Part shown: in pieces, positions 59,492-64,000 of the stretch
Layout: every line of letters starts with the position of its first letter
How positions within the stretch are numbered: the first letter of the stretch is position 1
Assembly (NCBI GenBank): GCA_964606285.1
Contig: CAZSFP010000001.1
Span: 5,376-69,375, forward strand
Length of the DNA stretch: 64,000 nt
From: an uncultured Candidatus Saccharibacteria bacterium
GTDB lineage: Bacteria; Patescibacteriota; Minisyncoccia; Phycocordibacterales; UBA9973
Reading direction: 5' to 3'
The notes under the pieces: model-generated
The model's input: only the letters and a program-made list of their open reading frames with translations
Database searches by the model: none
Told to the model about the DNA's origin: nothing
Translations under genes and position numbers: made by a program

Positions 59492-60865
59492 TTGAAAAAC
59501 AACCAAATGATGAAAGAAGCTATGCAAATTATTGCAAACGCTTCGCAGGTAAGCATCGATCATTTGGAGGAAGTTTTTCTGAATCCAACATATCGTGTGT
59601 TTACTATCCCAAAACGCTCTGGTGGCAAGCGACTTATTCATGCCCCCATTGGAATAACAAAAGATGTTCAAAATGCTTTGTATTACAATTTTCTGAAGAA
59701 AATTTCTACTGGACCAAATATTTCCTCACATTGTTTTGGTATACCAAAACGTTCATGGAAAGATAATGTGAATCAACACCTATCTCCGGTTCCTTCGTAT
59801 GTTGTCGATATTGATCTGAAAGATGCATTTCATTGTGTAGATACAACAAGTCTTGAAAAAGCACTTGCCAATGTATTTTTTCATGAAGTGTGTTTATATA
59901 AAGATCGATACGTCACATTTATACGAAGTGCGAAGAATTTGGAACGCATTCAGAAAAAGGAGAATAAAAATGAAGATGATGTACTTGCTTCAGCCTTTCA
60001 GTATTCAGCCGATTTCATCTCAAAAGATGCTCGGTTTCAAGAATGGCTCGATGATCAAAGATTTAGTCTCGATGTCTCTGAGACGAAACCTAGAAAGAGA
60101 CCTCTTTTGTTTCCAAATAAATTAGTGCGAGATTTTAGAAAACAGGTGCGTACAGGTGATGCATCGACACGGGTACATGAACTTTGTGAATGTATAGCAT
60201 TAATTTTGGCAAAAGTTTTAACGTATGAAGGTCGTTTAGTCCAAGGATGTCCAACATCGCCAATTCTTATGGCGCTTGTGGTATCACATACTCAGTTACT
60301 CCATAAGTTTAGAGATTTTGAACCAGATAATATTTCAATATATGTTGATGGGATAACTTTTGGGGCATATGGATCAAATAAAACGATTGTTTCAGAAAAA
60401 TTGCGTGCCATCATTGGAAAAATTGAGGCAGACTCTATTTGGAAATTTAATATGGAAAAAATCCACGTGTATGACACAAATAAAGAGCAACCACTTGTTA
60501 CGGGTTTACGTTTAATTCGAAACAGAAAAACTCGTGAAGAACTAAAGATTATGATTCTTAATAAAGTTAAGTATGCGCGCAAACATTTGAAAGCATGGAT
60601 ACCATGGTATTATTTCCGGACGACCATTCCAAAGAAAACGCAAAAGAAAATCCGTGCAATATTACATCACGCATGTCTTGATGTAAGAGGGGGATCACAA
60701 AATCCTCATATTCAGCAAGTTGCAAAAGGGTATATTGGCTATGTGTTTTATGTGTATGAACAATATAATAGTATTCCATCACAACTAAAAAAAGCATTAC
60801 ATTCATATGAAGAAGTTGTGGACGGAAATGTATTTGTTTCTATGTATAACAAAGAACCTGTTTAA
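59492..60865 (+). CDS. reverse transcriptase (retron-type / defence-associated RT; VTG motif; variant YVDG box)
   Basis: RT motifs in order: FTIPKRSGGKRLIHAP (1-2), QNALYY (NAxxH-like), VVDIDLKDAFHCV (A), LVQGCPTSPILMALV (B'), IYVDGITF (C variant), PLVTGLRL (retron VTG). No maturase/En domain; ~120-aa C-terminal extension. Confidence 0.85.
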   Translation: MKNNQMMKEAMQIIANASQVSIDHLEEVFLNPTYRVFTIPKRSGGKRLIHAPIGITKDVQNALYYNFLKKISTGPNISSHCFGIPKRSWKDNVNQHLSPVPSYVVDIDLKDAFHCVDTTSLEKALANVFFHEVCLYKDRYVTFIRSAKNLERIQKKENKNEDDVLASAFQYSADFISKDARFQEWLDDQRFSLDVSETKPRKRPLLFPNKLVRDFRKQVRTGDASTRVHELCECIALILAKVLTYEGRLVQGCPTSPILMALVVSHTQLLHKFRDFEPDNISIYVDGITFGAYGSNKTIVSEKLRAIIGKIEADSIWKFNMEKIHVYDTNKEQPLVTGLRLIRNRKTREELKIMILNKVKYARKHLKAWIPWYYFRTTIPKKTQKKIRAILHHACLDVRGGSQNPHIQQVAKGYIGYVFYVYEQYNSIPSQLKKALHSYEEVVDGNVFVSMYNKEPV

Positions 60866-60886
60866 AAACAGGTTCTTTTATTTTTC
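60854..60886 (+). terminator. rho-independent terminator overlapping the RT stop codon
   Basis: gaacctgtttaaaaacaggttc perfect hairpin plus T-run. Confidence 0.7.
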
Positions 60887-61006
60887 ATCCTCGAGTAGAA
60901 AACCACAGATTTCCCTTTGTTTCCCCTAGGAGTATGCTATACTGTGAGGGTCTTATCAGATAATTACATTATGTTTTGCACGTATGTGTAAGACGACACC
61001 ATATAT

Positions 61007-61267
61007 ATGGCAGTAAAAAAAGTGAATTCCGCATTTATGAAACCAATGACAATCAGCGCCGAATTGGCGGCAGTTGTCGGAAAAGGTCCGATGCCTCGAT
61101 CAGAAGTTGTCAAAGCTCTCTGGGTTTATATTAAAAAGAACAACCTCCAAGATCCAAAGAACAAGCGAAACATCGTTGCCGATGAATCTCTCAAGAAAGT
61201 ATTCGGTGGCAAGGCAGTTGTTTCTATGTTTGAAATGACAAAACTCGTTTCAAAACACCTTTCATAA
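61007..61267 (+). CDS. SWIB/MDM2 domain protein
   Basis: SAFMKPMTISAELAAVVG..PRSEVVKALWVYIKKNNLQDPKNKRNI..D..L..VFGGK.VSMFEMTKLVSKHL: canonical bacterial SWIB pattern. Confidence 0.85.
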   Translation: MAVKKVNSAFMKPMTISAELAAVVGKGPMPRSEVVKALWVYIKKNNLQDPKNKRNIVADESLKKVFGGKAVVSMFEMTKLVSKHLS

Positions 61268-61284
61268 TAAACTGTGAAAATAAA

Positions 61285-61313
61285 AAAATCCCCGATGGCG
61301 CGGGGATTTTTTG
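61285..61313 (+). terminator. rho-independent terminator
   Basis: aaaaatccccgatggcgcggggatttttt. Confidence 0.7.
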
Positions 61314-61328
61314 TTGTATGAAATTGTA

Positions 61329-61760
61329 TTACCACCAGATCCAGATAGGGAATAAAACACCGATCCCGAAGTTTTTTCCAAGATTGATACCTCCACCGAT
61401 TGCAAGGCATCCGAATCCTCCAAAGCAACCTCCGGCAGTAAGATAAAATGGCCCAAAACTAACTTCTGGTCCTATATATAACGCAACGTGATGATACCAA
61501 CTTGTTGTTTTTTCTGCTGCTTTTTGAGTCTGTTGAGCGATGAGTAAAGTTGTTGATGTTATAAAAAGTATAATGGTTGTAAGAACCCGCTGTGTCCATG
61601 TAGGGGTTTCTGAAAAATTATCACCAAGATCTATATCTGCATCTGCAATACCGTCTCCGACATTGCTTGCAATATTACCTGCTGTTTCACCATCTGTATC
61701 TCCTTGTCCTAATACAGGACCCAGGTCTATAACAAGACCAAGTGCTAATCCAAATTCCAT
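61329..61760 (-). CDS. hypothetical Gly-rich membrane protein
   Basis: ORF; G/D-rich N-terminus, TM segments, C-terminal GGxxG repeats. Confidence 0.45.
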   Translation of the reverse strand: MEFGLALGLVIDLGPVLGQGDTDGETAGNIASNVGDGIADADIDLGDNFSETPTWTQRVLTTIILFITSTTLLIAQQTQKAAEKTTSWYHHVALYIGPEVSFGPFYLTAGGCFGGFGCLAIGGGINLGKNFGIGVLFPIWIWW

Positions 61761-61898
61761 TTTGTATGTGTTTTAAGGTTTGAATTTATAATACCATATA
61801 TTTAAAAATTAGCAAATATTATTCTTCTTATCTATTTATGTCTAAGTTTTCCACCACAAATATACAAGTAAAGATACATTCTGCGCTATACTTGAGGC

Positions 61899-63029
61899 AT
61901 GGGATTTTCTCTTGGAGGTAAAAAAGAAACAGTGCTCGTCCTCGATATCGGATCGGGTTCAGTTGGTGGTGCGGTAGTACAGATGGATAAAAACCGCAAA
62001 GCAAAAACAAAAATACTTTTTTCAACGCGGGCAGACATGCTCTATCAACAGCATGGAGACAGGGAACATGCACATGATTCGATGATTCGTGCACTTGAAC
62101 GCGTCGTCTCAGCACTTGGTGAAGTATCTGTTGGTCGTGTCGACAAAGTCGCATGTTTTCTCGCGGCACCATGGCATGTCAGTCAGTCTCGAACAAGCAC
62201 GATGGAACGCACAGTTTCATTTACTTTTTCCAAACGTTTCGCCGGTGCGATCATTGATCGTGAGACGCTGGCATTCCAAGACGCGATGCATGATGCATAT
62301 CGACAACACGGTGATATTGTACGCGTCTTTGAAAAACGATTGACCGATGTCACATTGGACGGCACTTCCTCTCTCTCGCCATTTGGTAGCAAGGCACGTT
62401 CAGTTGTCCTCTCTCTGTTTATTGCAGGGGCTCCGGAGCACCTGTTACATCGGATCGAATATACGATCAATCGGAGTTTTCGCGCACCGGTCATATTCAA
62501 TACATTTGTCAGTGCAGCATATATGGCAGTCCGATCTGCGTTGCCCACATATGAAGATTTTTTCATTGTAAATGTTGGGGGTAGTATGACAGATATTGGT
62601 ACTAGTAAAAAAAGTATTTTGTATACAACAGCAACCATCCCACTCGGTATGCATGCGATTGTTAGATCTGTCGCTGAAAAATCAGGCGTGACGTTGCATG
62701 AAGCAGAATCACTCATCAGTTTGACCCACAAAAAAGTTCTGACAAAAAAATATACTGAACATGTACTCCGGGTGATGAAAGATGCGGGTGGTGCTTGGTC
62801 CCGTGGTTTCAAGAAGTATTTTTCTCATTCAGGCAGTCCAAATATCGTCATTCTCTTTTCTGATAACAAAAGCGTACCTGCGCTTGTGCCGGTATTGGAA
62901 CAAAGTGTCACCCTCGGAACAACCATCATACCGTTTACTGCCGAATATCTCGTACGCCTTGTTGAAACACCACTTGATCATACTGATATTTTTCTCTCGG
63001 TCGAAGCAGCAATTCTTCCTTTTATATAA
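61899..63029 (+). CDS. actin-like ATPase (FtsA/PilM family)
   Basis: Phosphate-1 VLVLDIGSGSVGGAVV and phosphate-2 VNVGGSMTDIG motifs of the ASKHA fold. Confidence 0.6.
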   Translation: MGFSLGGKKETVLVLDIGSGSVGGAVVQMDKNRKAKTKILFSTRADMLYQQHGDREHAHDSMIRALERVVSALGEVSVGRVDKVACFLAAPWHVSQSRTSTMERTVSFTFSKRFAGAIIDRETLAFQDAMHDAYRQHGDIVRVFEKRLTDVTLDGTSSLSPFGSKARSVVLSLFIAGAPEHLLHRIEYTINRSFRAPVIFNTFVSAAYMAVRSALPTYEDFFIVNVGGSMTDIGTSKKSILYTTATIPLGMHAIVRSVAEKSGVTLHEAESLISLTHKKVLTKKYTEHVLRVMKDAGGAWSRGFKKYFSHSGSPNIVILFSDNKSVPALVPVLEQSVTLGTTIIPFTAEYLVRLVETPLDHTDIFLSVEAAILPFI

Positions 63030-63030
63030 T

Positions 63031-64000
63031 TATGCGCCGGATTATAGATATACAAAAAAAACACAATGATCGGGATCTGCTCAATCAGGCGCCGTTTCCG
63101 CTGCATATGCCTGAACCGATCGACACAAGACGACACATTGCTCGTGGTGTGTGGATTATCGCATCCTGCGTGTTTCTCGTGTGTGTCTACGCCATTTGGT
63201 CATACTTTGCGCATGCAACCGTGACGCTCACGCCGCATGTTCGAGAAGCCATGATTGCCGAAACTATTTTTGCCAATAAAAATAAAACGACAGATTTGTC
63301 ATTTGATACGATCACGTTGTCGAGTAGTGTGGATATGGCTGTGCCATCAACGACACAAAGTGAAAAGAACTCCTATGCGACAGGAACGATTGCACTTTTC
63401 AATACTGGTTCATCGAGTGTCCGCATTCCCAAGGGAACTATCATCAAAAACGGCAGTCATGAATATAAGACAACCACAGCGGTTACCATTGCGAAACAAT
63501 CAAAAAACGTTCCTGGATCAGCGACTGTTGAGATCAAGGCGACAAAATCTGGTCAAGAACACAATGTCGCCACTGCCGACTTTACTGTTCCATCGCTTGG
63601 TGTTCGTGTCTACGGACGAACAAAAGAACCGATTGATGGTGGATATGCCGGTACTTTGTATAGTGCAGATGAAGTGGTAATGGCCGATGTTGTCGTTAAA
63701 ATGCAGGAAGATTTAAAAACAAAATTATTTGCTCAGGCATTGGCACAGATTCCCGATACGGTTATTTTATACCCAGATCTCACAGTGTTTTCATTTGACG
63801 CACCGCTCACAAATGCAGCAACGGCAGATATCCACGTAACGATTACTGGAAGTCTTCATGGATTTCTTCTTTACAAAAAAGAACTGACATCCGTGCTCAC
63901 GCACATCATTGATCCGAATTATGATGACAGTGTTCCAGTTTCCATACCAGATCTCGCCCTTCTTCGTCCAAAGCCATCACTACCGTCTGATATACCTCCG
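63031..64000 (+). CDS. hypothetical single-pass membrane protein, 3'-partial (runs off the window)
   Basis: ATG at 63031, TM segment GVWIIASCVFLVCVYAIW; the frame stays open to position 64000. Not in the ORF track because there is no stop in the window. Confidence 0.5.

Noticed and set aside
59492-60865. Diversity-generating retroelement or group II intron interpretation of the RT
   Set aside because: Motif 4 is QGCPTSP (DGR RTs carry the SQ variant); no template/variable repeat pair or avd-like gene is visible; there is no intron domain V/VI or maturase/endonuclease domains and no flanking exon-like target.

Overview
The window reads as a compact, AT-rich, gene-dense bacterial chromosome segment with a CPR/Patescibacteria-like flavour (inference): short IF-2, truncated ValRS and AlaRS, few Shine-Dalgarno sequences, many small hypothetical proteins. 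Most of it is housekeeping: tgt, uvrB, msrA, rbfA-infB, a cysteine desulfurase, clpB, rpmG, miaA, parB, leuS, murJ, lepA, valS, tsaD, cysS, rplU, recR, dnaB, trpS, alaS. Eleven tRNA genes are present. Embedded in this are several non-housekeeping features. (1) A stand-alone reverse transcriptase (59492-60865) with a VTG motif and an unusual YVDG catalytic box, preceded by a consensus sigma70 promoter and a highly structured ~200-nt non-coding region; I judge this the most likely novel system (candidate retron/DRT-type defence module). (2) An orphan 23S rRNA 5'-domain fragment followed by a secreted vWA-domain gene bracketed by 36-nt direct repeats. (3) Repeated duplications of tRNA 3' ends (Lys, Tyr, Val), a tRNA-Leu 5' fragment next to a GIY-YIG nuclease gene, and a 20-bp palindrome that also sits in-frame inside uvrB. 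(4) Two copies of a ~118-bp inverted-repeat leader element that abuts the start codons of a glutaredoxin-like gene and tsaD. (5) A protein made of two DnaA domain-IV repeats next to dnaB, a Gmk-Adk-like fused NMP kinase, and a DUF1003-like membrane protein with an acidic heptad-repeat tail. Protein calls are from motif recognition by eye. No database search was run.
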